A stretch of DNA of 64,000 nucleotides from Lachnospiraceae bacterium. GTDB lineage: Bacteria; Bacillota; Clostridia; Lachnospirales; Lachnospiraceae. The stretch lies in assembly GCA_045601665.1 (NCBI GenBank), contig JAZRZZ010000010.1:100370-164369 (forward strand), written 5' to 3'. Below, piece after piece: positions 55,895 through 64,000 of the stretch. Both the position numbers and the translations under genes were made by a program. Position 1 is the first letter of the stretch; the number at the start of each line of letters is the position of its first letter. The notes beneath the pieces were generated by a model. The model worked only from the letters and a program-made list of their open reading frames with translations. It did not search any database and was not told the origin of the DNA.

Positions 55895-57087
55895 TTGTTT
55901 ATCGTGAGGGGAATGGTATCTTTGCCGCAGGTTTTTATGAAGATAAATTGCATTCGATCAGTGTCGCCAAGACACAAGAAACGCCGTATTTGCAAGGAAG
56001 CATATGGGTCGGTCGCGTGGAAAAAGTCGTTCCGGGAATTCGAGCGGCTTTTGTCAGTGTAGAAAAGGGGGAAGAGAATTGGTATCTTCCCTTTGACAAG
56101 ATGAGTCATGCACTTGTCCGTCAGACGCATGCGGACGGAAAGCTTCACGTCGGAGACGAAGTGGTGGTGCAGTTGGAGCGTGAAGCCGGAAGAAATAAGC
56201 CGGTGTCGGCAGTCGCGGATTTTTCGCTGACGGGTGTAAATCTTGTGTTGATGCATGGCAGGGAAGGGATCTATTTTTCTTCAAAGATTGATTCTGCGAA
56301 ATTTATTAAGCTTTGGAGAGAACGATTGGATTCGTACAAAAAAGGTCCGTTTGCCATTATGCTTCGTACCAACTCGATACATGCGTCCGACGAGACGGTT
56401 TTTGCTGAATTGGAACGCCTGAAGGCGGAGTATGAGCGGATTTGTGAGATATACGCGACGCGAACGGTTGGAAGCTGTCTTAAAGAGGGACTTCCGGTGT
56501 ATCTTGCCGAATTGCGGGATGCTTATACGACAAGTTACGAAGAATATTTAACGGACGACGAGACAATCTTTCATGAGATGCAGCTGTTTTTGCATGTCTA
56601 TCGTCCGGAGCAGGAGCATTTGCTTCGCCGTTTTGATGCCACGTCGGTCAGCCTTTCTGCGACCTATGATATGCGTGCGAGGTTGAAGGAATTGACCTCG
56701 AGGCGTGTGTGGCTGAAAAGCGGTGCATATCTACTGATTGAGTATACGGAGGCGATGACGGTCATCGACGTGAATACCGGAAAGGCGACGGGGGGGAATC
56801 GGCTCGGAAAGGAAGGATTTCTTTCATGCAATATGGAGGCTGCCGAAGAGCTTGCAAGGCAGCTACGCCTTCGCAACCTGTCCGGAATCATCATTGTTGA
56901 TTTTATCGATATGAAGCAACCAAAGGATCGTAAGATCTTGATGGATGCATTACGCGAGTATGTGGCAAAAGATTCGATTCGGACAACAGTGGTTGATATG
57001 ACACGCTTGAACCTTGTGGAAATCACGCGTATGAAGAAAAAACGACCGTTACATGAAGAGTTGGCCGGATTGGCGCAAATGTTGTGA
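55879..57087 (+). CDS. rng: Ribonuclease E/G family protein (RNase G-like)
   Basis: S1-like N-terminus (GSIWVGRVEKVVPGIRAAFVSV) and catalytic core (VIDVNTGK, NLSGIIIVDFIDM, TRLNLVEITR). Confidence 0.85.
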   Translation: MENGLIVYREGNGIFAAGFYEDKLHSISVAKTQETPYLQGSIWVGRVEKVVPGIRAAFVSVEKGEENWYLPFDKMSHALVRQTHADGKLHVGDEVVVQLEREAGRNKPVSAVADFSLTGVNLVLMHGREGIYFSSKIDSAKFIKLWRERLDSYKKGPFAIMLRTNSIHASDETVFAELERLKAEYERICEIYATRTVGSCLKEGLPVYLAELRDAYTTSYEEYLTDDETIFHEMQLFLHVYRPEQEHLLRRFDATSVSLSATYDMRARLKELTSRRVWLKSGAYLLIEYTEAMTVIDVNTGKATGGNRLGKEGFLSCNMEAAEELARQLRLRNLSGIIIVDFIDMKQPKDRKILMDALREYVAKDSIRTTVVDMTRLNLVEITRMKKKRPLHEELAGLAQML

Positions 57088-57124
57088 AATGGCATAGAAT
57101 ATGTCCATTTTCTAAAAAAAGTGC

Positions 57125-57154
57125 TTGACATTCGATGTTTTTTCATGATATTAT
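57125..57154 (+). promoter_or_regulatory. Promoter of the rplU-prp-rpmA operon
   Basis: TTGACA, 18 nt spacer, TATTAT with extended TG. Confidence 0.6.
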
Positions 57155-57159
57155 ATACT

Positions 57160-57245
57160 AGTATGCCGCACAATGGGGTTTGAAAGTATGAAGCGATTCG
57201 TTTCATCACCGTAATTGGCGAGTAATGATAATAGGAGGTGCCAAT
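57160..57245 (+). promoter_or_regulatory. Probable L21 ribosomal-protein leader
   Basis: An untranslated leader of about 85 nt lies between the promoter and the rplU RBS, where Firmicutes carry the L21 leader. The structure was not verified by covariance. Confidence 0.4.
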
Positions 57246-57554
57246 ATGTACGCAATTATTGCAACTGGTGGTAAGCAGTACAAGGTAGCTGAAGGCGATA
57301 TCATTAGAGTAGAAAAGCTCGGTGTAGCAGAAGGCGAGGCCGTTACCTTTGATCAGGTTCTTGCGGTGAATAACGGTGAACTCGTAATCGGTACACCCAA
57401 CGTTGCCGGAGCAACCGTATCTGCAACGGTTCTTGGCGATGGCAAGGCTAAGAAGGTTATTGTTTACAGATACAAGAGAAAGAGCGGATACCATAAGAAG
57501 AATGGTCACAGACAGCCGTTCACTCAGGTTAAGATTGAAAAGATCAACGCTTAA
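57246..57554 (+). CDS. rplU: 50S ribosomal protein L21
   Basis: [19 protein letters not shown]-terminus. RBS AGGAGGTG. Confidence 0.95.
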   Translation: MYAIIATGGKQYKVAEGDIIRVEKLGVAEGEAVTFDQVLAVNNGELVIGTPNVAGATVSATVLGDGKAKKVIVYRYKRKSGYHKKNGHRQPFTQVKIEKINA

Positions 57555-57586
57555 TTTATTGCATCGAATTGGACGGTGAATGAGTT

Positions 57587-57907
57587 ATGATTCAAGTTTC
57601 TTTTCGAAAAGTTGGTGAGAAGATTTCCGGATTTTCCTGCATTGGACATGCGGAATACGCTGAAAGAGATTATGATATTGTATGTGCCGGTGTTTCCGTG
57701 CTTGTAATCAATTGTGTGAATTCCATTGAAAAGTTGGTTGGAGACCGCTTTGCATATCAGGAAATCGGAGATGGTGATGTTCATTTTGAACTGGAATTGC
57801 CGATCAGTCCGGAATCGGAGTTGTTGTTGCAGTCGTTGCAACTGGGACTCAGACAGATTGAAGAAGATTGTGGTTCACAATTTGTACATGTAACTGTAGT
57901 TGAATAA
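57587..57907 (+). CDS. prp: Ribosomal-processing cysteine protease Prp
   Basis: About 106 aa with GHAEY...IVCAGVSVL catalytic His/Cys motifs. Located between rplU and rpmA. Confidence 0.9.
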   Translation: MIQVSFRKVGEKISGFSCIGHAEYAERDYDIVCAGVSVLVINCVNSIEKLVGDRFAYQEIGDGDVHFELELPISPESELLLQSLQLGLRQIEEDCGSQFVHVTVVE

Positions 57908-57940
57908 TTTTTTACACACGTTTTTTAGGAGGTAATGGTC

Positions 57941-58225
57941 ATGTTGAAGATGAACCTTCAGTTATTTGCTCATAAAAAGGGTGTTGGTTCCACGAAGAAT
58001 GGTAGAGATTCCGAGTCTAAGAGACTTGGAGCTAAGAGGGCAGACGGTCAGTTTGTTAAGGCGGGCAACATTCTTTTCAGACAGCGTGGTACCAAGATTC
58101 ATCCCGGCGTAAACGTTGGCCGTGGTGGCGACGATACCCTCTTTGCATTGGTTGATGGAACTTTGAAATTCGAGACCAAGGCTAAGGGTAAGAAGCAGGC
58201 TAGTGTTTATCCTGTTGCTGAGTAA
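57941..58225 (+). CDS. rpmA: 50S ribosomal protein L27 with N-terminal propeptide
   Basis: [10 protein letters not shown] / [14 protein letters not shown]. The Prp cleavage motif LQLFA precedes the mature N-terminus. Confidence 0.93.
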   Translation: MLKMNLQLFAHKKGVGSTKNGRDSESKRLGAKRADGQFVKAGNILFRQRGTKIHPGVNVGRGGDDTLFALVDGTLKFETKAKGKKQASVYPVAE

Positions 58226-58240
58226 TTAGTGAATTGTGAT

Positions 58241-58314
58241 AGCCCTGTTGTTTCGTGTTTCGTTGAGGAAGCCCTTAAGGAAATGCGATGCAGCGGGGCT
58301 GTTTTTCTTTTTTT
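58241..58314 (+). terminator. Long hairpin terminator after rpmA
   Basis: AGCCCTGTTG ... CAGCGGGGCT (two G-U pairs) followed by GTTTTTCTTTTTTT. Confidence 0.6.
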
Positions 58315-58443
58315 ATGTACACTTTCACCGAAGCACAGATTTTTGTTGAAATGAATGCGGAAAATGATGTACACTATAGATATCGAAGTTAGATAAGGGA
58401 GTCTTTTGATGCAATTAGCAAAAAGGGCGAATGGAGGAATACA

Positions 58444-59730
58444 ATGTTTGCGGATACTGCAACAATTTTTATTAGCTCAGGGAACGGTGGAGACGGACAT
58501 GTCGGCTTTCGGCGTGAAATGTTTGTAGCAGCCGGAGGACCGAACGGCGGAGACGGCGGTCGCGGCGGGGATTTGATCTTTGAAGTAGATGAAGGTTTGA
58601 ATACGCTCAATGATTTTCGGTTTGTTCGAAAGTATCGTGCCGAAGACGGACAGAAGGGTGGCAATAACAACTGCTCCGGAAAGGATGGAGAGGATCTGGT
58701 ATTACGGGTGCCGGAGGGTACAATAATTAAAGAGGCTGAGACCGGAAAAGTTATTGCCGATATGTCGCATGAGAATCGTCGTGTAACGGTATTGAAGGGA
58801 GGTCGTGGCGGCAAAGGAAACCAGCATTATGCCACGGCGACAATGCAGGTGCCGAAATATGCACAGCCCGGTGGAAAGGGACAAGAACTGAATGTAATTT
58901 TGGAATTGAAGGTCATTGCGGATGTCGGCTTGGTTGGTTTCCCGAACGTAGGAAAATCAACATTTTTGTCGCGGATATCCAATGCAAAGCCGAAGATTGC
59001 GAATTATCATTTTACGACATTGAATCCGAATCTGGGCGTCGTTTCGCTTGAAGGCACGAATGGCTTTGTTGTCGCTGATATCCCCGGGCTGATCGAGGGT
59101 GCCTCGGAAGGTGTAGGTCTCGGACACGAGTTTTTGAAGCATGTGGAGCGTTGTAAGGTCATTATTCACATTGTGGATGGTGCTTCAACCGAAGGACGTG
59201 AACCTGCTGAGGACATTCGAAAGATCAATAATGAATTGCGTCAATATAGTCAAGTGCTTGCGGAGAAGCCACAGATCATTGCGATGAATAAGATGGACCT
59301 GTTCAGTGAAGAGGAGCGGCAGATTGCGATGGAACTGTTGCGAGAGGAGCTCGGTGAAGAGGTTAGCGTGATTCCGATTTCCGCAGTGAGCGGCTTTGGG
59401 GTCAAGGAGTTATTGTATGCGACGCATGCGATGCTTCAAACCGTGGATGAGACGCCAATCGTATTCGAACGTGAGTATTTCCCTGAGACGATGTCTCCCG
59501 AAAATGAGCCATATACAGTTGAGTATGACGCCGATGAATGTATGTATGTTGTTGAAGGACCACGTATCGAACGTATGTTGGGGTATACCAATTTGGATTC
59601 CGAGAAGGGCTTTGAGTTCTTTCAGAATTTTTTGAAGACAAACGGAATTCTTGAACAGCTTGAGGAACTTGGAATTCAAGACGGAGATACGGTTCGTATG
59701 TATGGATTGCAATTCGATTATTACAAATGA
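58444..59730 (+). CDS. obg: GTPase Obg/CgtA
   Basis: Glycine-rich Obg fold (GNGGDGHVGFRRE, GGDGGRGGD). G domain (GFPNVGKST, DIPGLIEGA, NKMD). C-terminal TGS/OCT domain. Confidence 0.94.
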   Translation: MFADTATIFISSGNGGDGHVGFRREMFVAAGGPNGGDGGRGGDLIFEVDEGLNTLNDFRFVRKYRAEDGQKGGNNNCSGKDGEDLVLRVPEGTIIKEAETGKVIADMSHENRRVTVLKGGRGGKGNQHYATATMQVPKYAQPGGKGQELNVILELKVIADVGLVGFPNVGKSTFLSRISNAKPKIANYHFTTLNPNLGVVSLEGTNGFVVADIPGLIEGASEGVGLGHEFLKHVERCKVIIHIVDGASTEGREPAEDIRKINNELRQYSQVLAEKPQIIAMNKMDLFSEEERQIAMELLREELGEEVSVIPISAVSGFGVKELLYATHAMLQTVDETPIVFEREYFPETMSPENEPYTVEYDADECMYVVEGPRIERMLGYTNLDSEKGFEFFQNFLKTNGILEQLEELGIQDGDTVRMYGLQFDYYK

Positions 59731-59744
59731 TTTAGGAGGGGCGC

Positions 59745-60038
59745 ATGACAAGTAAGGAAAGAGCATATTTGAAAGGACTTGCAATGAAGATAGAGCCGAT
59801 TTTCCAAATCGGAAAGGGCCGCATTTCCCCCGAATTGACAGAAGCGATTCGTGAGGCACTGGAAGCGAGAGAGTTGATTAAAATCAGTGTTTTAAACAAC
59901 TGTCTTGAGGAACCGAAGATGCTCGCCGCAGTTTTGTCCGAACGTACCGGTGCGGAAATTGTACAAGTAATCGGCAAGAAAATTGTTTTGTACAAGGAAT
60001 CAAAGACAAAGAAAAAGATTGAACTGCCGAAAAGATAG
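59745..60038 (+). CDS. yhbY: RNA-binding protein YhbY (CRM domain)
   Basis: 97 aa. LKGLAMKIEPIFQIGKGRISPEL...ELIKISVL matches the CRS1/YhbY pattern. Confidence 0.85.
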   Translation: MTSKERAYLKGLAMKIEPIFQIGKGRISPELTEAIREALEARELIKISVLNNCLEEPKMLAAVLSERTGAEIVQVIGKKIVLYKESKTKKKIELPKR

Positions 60039-60047
60039 GAGGAGCCG

Positions 60048-60659
60048 GTGAAGATAGGGATTTTGGGTGGAACCTTTGATCCGATTCACATTGGACATGT
60101 TGAGATTGCTTTGGCGGCAACAAAGCAATGTGATCTGGATTGTACGTGGATCATGCCTGCGAAGTTACCACCTCATAAAAAAGATTCGCATATTATAGAA
60201 GATAAGCATCGAATTGCCATGGTGTTAGCAGCCGTATCCGAGCATCCGGAGCTAGAGCTCAGCCTGTTTGAATTTGAGAGAGAGACGGTGTCCTATACGG
60301 CAGACACACTGCAGCTGTTACATGAGCGGTATCCGGAGCATGAGCTGGTTTATATTATGGGAGAGGATTCGCTTGGAAACCTCCCTACGTGGTATTGCCC
60401 TGAAAAAGTCGTTTCTTTGGCAACGATTGCCGTGGCATCAAGAGAACCGGAAAATTCGTCTCTATATGCCTTGATAGAAGAACGTAGAGCACAATATGGT
60501 GGACGCTTTGTCGCACTGACGAGTCCATGGAAGGATGTGTCTTCCACAGAGATTCGTGAAAGGCTGGGTGAAGGAAGGAGCATTTCCGGAATGGTACCAG
60601 AAACGGTGGAGCAATATATTCTTTATCGTGGATTGTACCGGAAGAAGGATGAAATGTGA
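60048..60659 (+). CDS. nadD: Nicotinate-nucleotide adenylyltransferase
   Basis: GGTFDPIHIGH motif and SSTEIRERL. GTG start follows GGAGGAG. Confidence 0.9.
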   Translation: MKIGILGGTFDPIHIGHVEIALAATKQCDLDCTWIMPAKLPPHKKDSHIIEDKHRIAMVLAAVSEHPELELSLFEFERETVSYTADTLQLLHERYPEHELVYIMGEDSLGNLPTWYCPEKVVSLATIAVASREPENSSLYALIEERRAQYGGRFVALTSPWKDVSSTEIRERLGEGRSISGMVPETVEQYILYRGLYRKKDEM

Positions 60660-60684
60660 CAGAAGGAAAGGTATGGTGACGTAG

Positions 60685-61266
60685 ATGAATATACGTGAAT
60701 ACACGCACATCGAAAACGTACTAGAAAAACAGCTTCCGGTACATCGTATGCTGCATTCGCGAGGAGTTGCACACCTAAGTGCCGCACTAGCAATGCGTCA
60801 TCGAGCTTTGATAGAGGATGCGATGGTTGCGGGGATTCTTCATGATTGCGCAAAAATGTATTCCGACGAGGAGTTACTTTGGCTATGTGAATCGCATGGG
60901 ATGGAGATCTCGGCTTCGGAACGACAATCTCCGTTTTTGTTACATGCCAAATACGGGGCATATCTTGCCGAGAATTTTTTTGGTGTAACGAAAGCCGACG
61001 TGTTAGAGGCAATTCGCTATCACACGACCGGATGTGCTGAAATGACACTATTGAGTAAGATTGTGTATGTCGCAGATTATATAGAGCCAACACGTACACA
61101 GCTATGTGAGCCTCCGCTTTCTGTTCTTCGGGCATTGGCATTTGAGAATATCGATGCTTGTGTGGCTGCAATCGCAAAAAGTACGATTGCATATCTGAAG
61201 AAGAGTGGACGGGAAATCGATCCGATGACACAAGAGACTCTGAATTATTATGAAAGGATGAAATGA
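60685..61266 (+). CDS. yqeK: HD-domain bis(5'-nucleosyl)-tetraphosphatase YqeK
   Basis: HSRGVA...GILHDCAK HD motif. Synteny nadD-yqeK-rsfS. Confidence 0.85.
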   Translation: MNIREYTHIENVLEKQLPVHRMLHSRGVAHLSAALAMRHRALIEDAMVAGILHDCAKMYSDEELLWLCESHGMEISASERQSPFLLHAKYGAYLAENFFGVTKADVLEAIRYHTTGCAEMTLLSKIVYVADYIEPTRTQLCEPPLSVLRALAFENIDACVAAIAKSTIAYLKKSGREIDPMTQETLNYYERMK

Positions 61267-61267
61267 T

Positions 61268-61630
61268 ATGAACAAAGAAATCGCAAAAAGGATGGCTGCA
61301 ATTGCGTATCGGGCCTTGGATGATAAGAAAGGGTACGACATTAAAGTTCTGGATATTAGTGAGGTTTCTCCGGTGGCCGATTATTTCATTATTGCAGACG
61401 GAAGCAATCCGGCGCAGGTAGAAGCTATGGTAGATGAAGTAAGAGAAAAGCTTCTTGCAGAAGGCCACGAGCCGAAGCGCATTGAAGGAGCAAGAAATAG
61501 CGGTTGGGTACTGATGGACTATGTGGATATTGTTGTCCATGTTTTTTCCTCACAGGATCGTTTGTTCTATGATCTAGAGCGTGTGTGGAGAGATGGAAAA
61601 GAGGTACCGCAGGAACAGTTGGAGGACTAA
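61268..61630 (+). CDS. rsfS: Ribosome silencing factor
   Basis: 120 aa with DIKVLDISEVSPVADYFIIADGSNPAQV and WVLMDYVDIVVHVF. Confidence 0.9.
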   Translation: MNKEIAKRMAAIAYRALDDKKGYDIKVLDISEVSPVADYFIIADGSNPAQVEAMVDEVREKLLAEGHEPKRIEGARNSGWVLMDYVDIVVHVFSSQDRLFYDLERVWRDGKEVPQEQLED

Positions 61631-61641
61631 ATGTATGAAGG

Positions 61642-61668
61642 AAACGCCCGGCTAAGTGCCGGGCGTTT
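61642..61668. terminator. Bidirectional terminator between rsfS and lexA
   Basis: AAACGCCCGGC-taagt-GCCGGGCGTTT, with A and T runs on both sides. Confidence 0.85.
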
Positions 61669-61701
61669 GGTATGTGCATTGCAAAACTGTAACAAGGGAT
61701 G

Positions 61702-62313
61702 TTAGAACATTCGAAATAAACCAATGACTTTGCCTAGAATCTCAACCTGATCGACAATGATAGGTTCCATGGAATCATTCTCCGGTTGAAGCCGATAGTA
61801 ACCGTTCTCTTTATAAAATGTCTTCACAGTTGCGGAATCTTCAATCAAAGCAACAACGATATCGCCATTCGATGCCGTTGATTGCTTCTGGACTAAAATC
61901 TGATCTCCGTCGTAGATTCCGATATTGATCATACTATCACCCTTAACGCGAAGCATAAAGGTCTCTGTGTTCGGAAGAAATTCAACAGGAATAGGGAAGT
62001 AGTCTTGAATCTGTTCGACTGCCAAAATCGGAACACCGGCGGTTACCGTACCAATCATGGGGACATTCACAACCTCTCTGCGGGAAAGATTGAACAAATC
62101 GTCAACAATTTCGATAGCACGCGGCTTCGAGGGATCGCGACGGATATATCCGGCTTCCTCAAGTGTCTCCAAATGAGCGTGAACGGAAGAGGTGGAGCGA
62201 AGGCCGACTGCTTCACATATATCGCGTACAGAAGGCGGATAGCCTTTGGACAAAATCTGATTCTTAATATATTCGAAAATTTCATGTTGCTTCTTGGATA
62301 TCTTCTCAGACAT
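61702..62313 (-). CDS. lexA: LexA repressor
   Basis: N-terminal wHTH (GYPPSVRDICEAVGLRSTSSVHAHL). The cleavage and S24 peptidase region carries GDSM and an active-site Lys. Confidence 0.94.
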   Translation of the reverse strand: MSEKISKKQHEIFEYIKNQILSKGYPPSVRDICEAVGLRSTSSVHAHLETLEEAGYIRRDPSKPRAIEIVDDLFNLSRREVVNVPMIGTVTAGVPILAVEQIQDYFPIPVEFLPNTETFMLRVKGDSMINIGIYDGDQILVQKQSTASNGDIVVALIEDSATVKTFYKENGYYRLQPENDSMEPIIVDQVEILGKVIGLFRMF

Positions 62314-62382
62314 GATTCATTCCTCCCAAAGTTCAAATCGTTTTCCATATGATCATTGTATCATGTAAAAAGAAAAAAAGCA

Positions 62383-62394
62383 AAACATTTGTTC
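62383..62394. promoter_or_regulatory. Degenerate SOS (Cheo) box upstream of lexA
   Basis: AAAC-ATTT-GTTC. The left half-site is degenerate. Confidence 0.5.
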
Positions 62395-62415
62395 GATAAA
62401 AGTGCACAAAAAATC

Positions 62416-62427
62416 GAACACATTTTC
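62416..62427. promoter_or_regulatory. SOS (Cheo) box-like site upstream of lexA
   Basis: GAAC-ACAT-TTTC. The right half-site is degenerate. Confidence 0.5.
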
Positions 62428-62452
62428 GGTAAAATTGCTTGAATATATAATA

Positions 62453-62481
62453 TTGACACAAGAACGTTTGTTCGATATAAT
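62453..62481 (+). promoter_or_regulatory. Consensus sigma-A promoter of the yneA-like gene
   Basis: TTGACA, 17 nt spacer, TATAAT, with an SOS box inside the spacer. Confidence 0.75.
62462..62473. promoter_or_regulatory. SOS (Cheo) box in promoter spacer
   Basis: GAAC-GTTT-GTTC matches the Firmicute LexA consensus GAAC-N4-GTTC. Confidence 0.8.
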
Positions 62482-62490
62482 ACAAAAAAA

Positions 62491-62502
62491 GAACATTTGT
62501 TC
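62491..62502. promoter_or_regulatory. SOS (Cheo) box just downstream of the -10
   Basis: GAAC-ATTT-GTTC lies about 10 nt after the TATAAT. Confidence 0.8.
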
Positions 62503-62550
62503 GGAATGGATCAAACGATGAAGGAATAGGTATAAAAAAGGAGAACTGAT

Positions 62551-62853
62551 ATGAGACATGAAATCGAAAGAAAGAAGATAATTATAATTGCGGCAATCGC
62601 TGCTGTGTTTTTTGCGGTGATTATCTATGGTAGAGGGATGCTTATGACTGCATACGGTCACACTGATAAAACAAAGACTGTCACTTCTGTATTAATTGAA
62701 GAAGGAGACAGCCTTTGGAGCATTGCTTCGGAATATTATTCGAGGGAATGCGGAGATATGAAGGATTATGTTGATGAGATTCGTGACGCGAATCACATAT
62801 TTGGAGATACCATCAATGCCGGCAATTACATTATTGTTCCGTTTTATCGATAA
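62551..62853 (+). CDS. YneA-like SOS cell-division inhibitor (TM helix + LysM domain)
   Basis: 100 aa with an N-terminal TM helix and a LysM-like segment (VLIEEGDSLWSIASEYY...GDTINAGNYIIVP). It is divergent from lexA with LexA boxes in its promoter, as for B. subtilis yneA. Confidence 0.75.
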   Translation: MRHEIERKKIIIIAAIAAVFFAVIIYGRGMLMTAYGHTDKTKTVTSVLIEEGDSLWSIASEYYSRECGDMKDYVDEIRDANHIFGDTINAGNYIIVPFYR

Positions 62854-63586
62854 CAGTGTTTGAAAGAATCTTCGGTTGTGTCCATTGAGGCAACGGTCCG
62901 TAATGGATGGCGTGGAAGAGACGTTCGCGAACCCCGGGGGCCAACGTGTTGATATCTTTGATTAGAGCTTTGATTTCTTCACGTTTCGTATAGCCATCGG
63001 CCGGACATGGATTTTTGAAGACCGGAAGGTTGTATTTGTTTTTGAAACCTACAATGTCGCTTTCGTTTACGTACAGAAGCGGGCGAATTAATGTGATATC
63101 CATTCTATCCAGATATGTGACGGGAGAGAAGGTGTGAAATCGACCTTCATATACCAAAGACATCAACATTGTCTCAATAACATCGTCTTTGTGATGTGCA
63201 TACGCCAACTTGTTGCAACCGAGTCGTTTGGCCTCGTCGTTGAAAGCGCCTTTTCGCATTTTTGCACATAGGGAGCAAGGATTGGACTCCTGACGTACAC
63301 GGAATATGATATCTGCAATTTCTGTAGATACAATATGAAGAGGGACACCGAGTGTTTCGCATAAGGAGCGAATTTCGGTATAATCAATTTCATAACCGAG
63401 GTTTACAGAGATTGCGATCAATTCGAATTTTTTTGAATAGAATCGACGTAGCTCGGAAAGGGCATAAAGCAATGTCAAGCTGTCTTTTCCACCGGAGATT
63501 CCTACGGCGATTCGATCGCCGGTCTGTATCATCTGATAATCATCAATTGCCTTTCTTGTATAACTCAATAATTGTTGTAATTTCAT
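62831..63586 (-). CDS. ttcA: PP-loop ATPase, tRNA 2-thiocytidine synthetase TtcA-like
   Basis: SGGKDS PP-loop, CSLCAKMRKG, and a further CP motif. Confidence 0.82.
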   Translation of the reverse strand: MKLQQLLSYTRKAIDDYQMIQTGDRIAVGISGGKDSLTLLYALSELRRFYSKKFELIAISVNLGYEIDYTEIRSLCETLGVPLHIVSTEIADIIFRVRQESNPCSLCAKMRKGAFNDEAKRLGCNKLAYAHHKDDVIETMLMSLVYEGRFHTFSPVTYLDRMDITLIRPLLYVNESDIVGFKNKYNLPVFKNPCPADGYTKREEIKALIKDINTLAPGVRERLFHAIHYGPLPQWTQPKILSNTVIDKTEQ

Positions 63587-63771
63587 GCAACAACACTCCT
63601 ATGCTTTGGTTCTTAAGTTTTATTATAGTTTATTGCATATGCATTTTCAAGAGATGTACTTCGAACAAAAGAAAAAAACACTTACTATTGTGTGTTTTTT
63701 GCATATCGTTGTAGAAATGAATTAAGGAATGTGATACAATAATACCGATATCAAATACGGAGGATTTGAGC

Positions 63772-64000
63772 GTGAACATACAAGTGGAAGCAATTCAAAA
63801 TGAAATTAAAAAGGTTATCAAAGGGAAAGACCAAGTAATACACCATGTTTTGTGTGCATTAATTGCCGGAGGACATGTTTTATTAGAGGATATCCCAGGG
63901 GTTGGCAAGACGACGCTTGCAGTGGCAATCTCGAAAGCAATGTCATTAAAATATAAGCGTGTTCAGTTTACTCCGGATGTTATGCCCAGTGATGTGACAG
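63772..64000 (+). CDS. MoxR-like AAA+ ATPase, 3' end outside window
   Basis: The GTG follows GGAGGA. Sequence GHVLLEDIPGVGKTTLA (Walker A) and RVQFTPDVMPSD are typical of the MoxR family. Confidence 0.8.
   Translation, partial: MNIQVEAIQNEIKKVIKGKDQVIHHVLCALIAGGHVLLEDIPGVGKTTLAVAISKAMSLKYKRVQFTPDVMPSDVT

Noticed and set aside
63352-63714. 120-aa + strand ORF
   Set aside because: It is mostly antisense to ttcA and continues into the AT-rich intergenic region. It has no RBS and an implausible composition.

Overview
The window looks like a core chromosomal segment of a spore-forming Firmicute of the Clostridia type. The evidence is the yqfC/yqfD, spoVB-like and spoIIM-like genes, two DD-carboxypeptidases, the Prp-L27 system and GAAC-N4-GTTC SOS boxes. 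Nearly all genes are on the + strand in tight operons.

Gene order on the + strand:
- tail of a sugar ABC transporter
- pyrH-frr-uppS-cdsA-dxr-rseP-ispG-polC
- a large polytopic membrane protein, a stand-alone tRNA-Glu(CUC) and a GH10 xylanase lipoprotein
- alaS, rpsU, yqfC-yqfD-phoH-ybeY, and a SpoVB/MurJ-like flippase
- two FAD proteins, then proB-DUF896-MTHFS-proA
- miaB, rny, an aminotransferase, proC, a NUDIX hydrolase, a spoIIM-like gene and pdp
- DD-carboxypeptidase, metallophosphoesterase, scpA, scpB, a second DD-carboxypeptidase and a SWIM-SNF2 helicase
- radical SAM (TIGR03960-like), DUF2344, RNase G, then rplU-prp-rpmA-obg-yhbY-nadD-yqeK-rsfS
- lexA divergent from a yneA-like LysM gene, then ttcA and the start of a moxR-like ATPase

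The only clear accessory stretch is about 48.0-53.1 kb on the minus strand. It holds a visibly AT-rich two-gene islet (P-loop kinase-like and cupin) with unusually structured DNA on both sides. Next to it are two paralogous zinc-ribbon proteins of unknown function, one carrying a long acidic low-complexity region with 57-bp tandem repeats.

The observation I consider most notable is that polC encodes a PolC-type polymerase with no inserted 3'-5' exonuclease domain. I did not recognise any canonical defence system, CRISPR array, transposase or prophage. All functional calls rest on motifs and synteny recognised by eye; no database search was possible.
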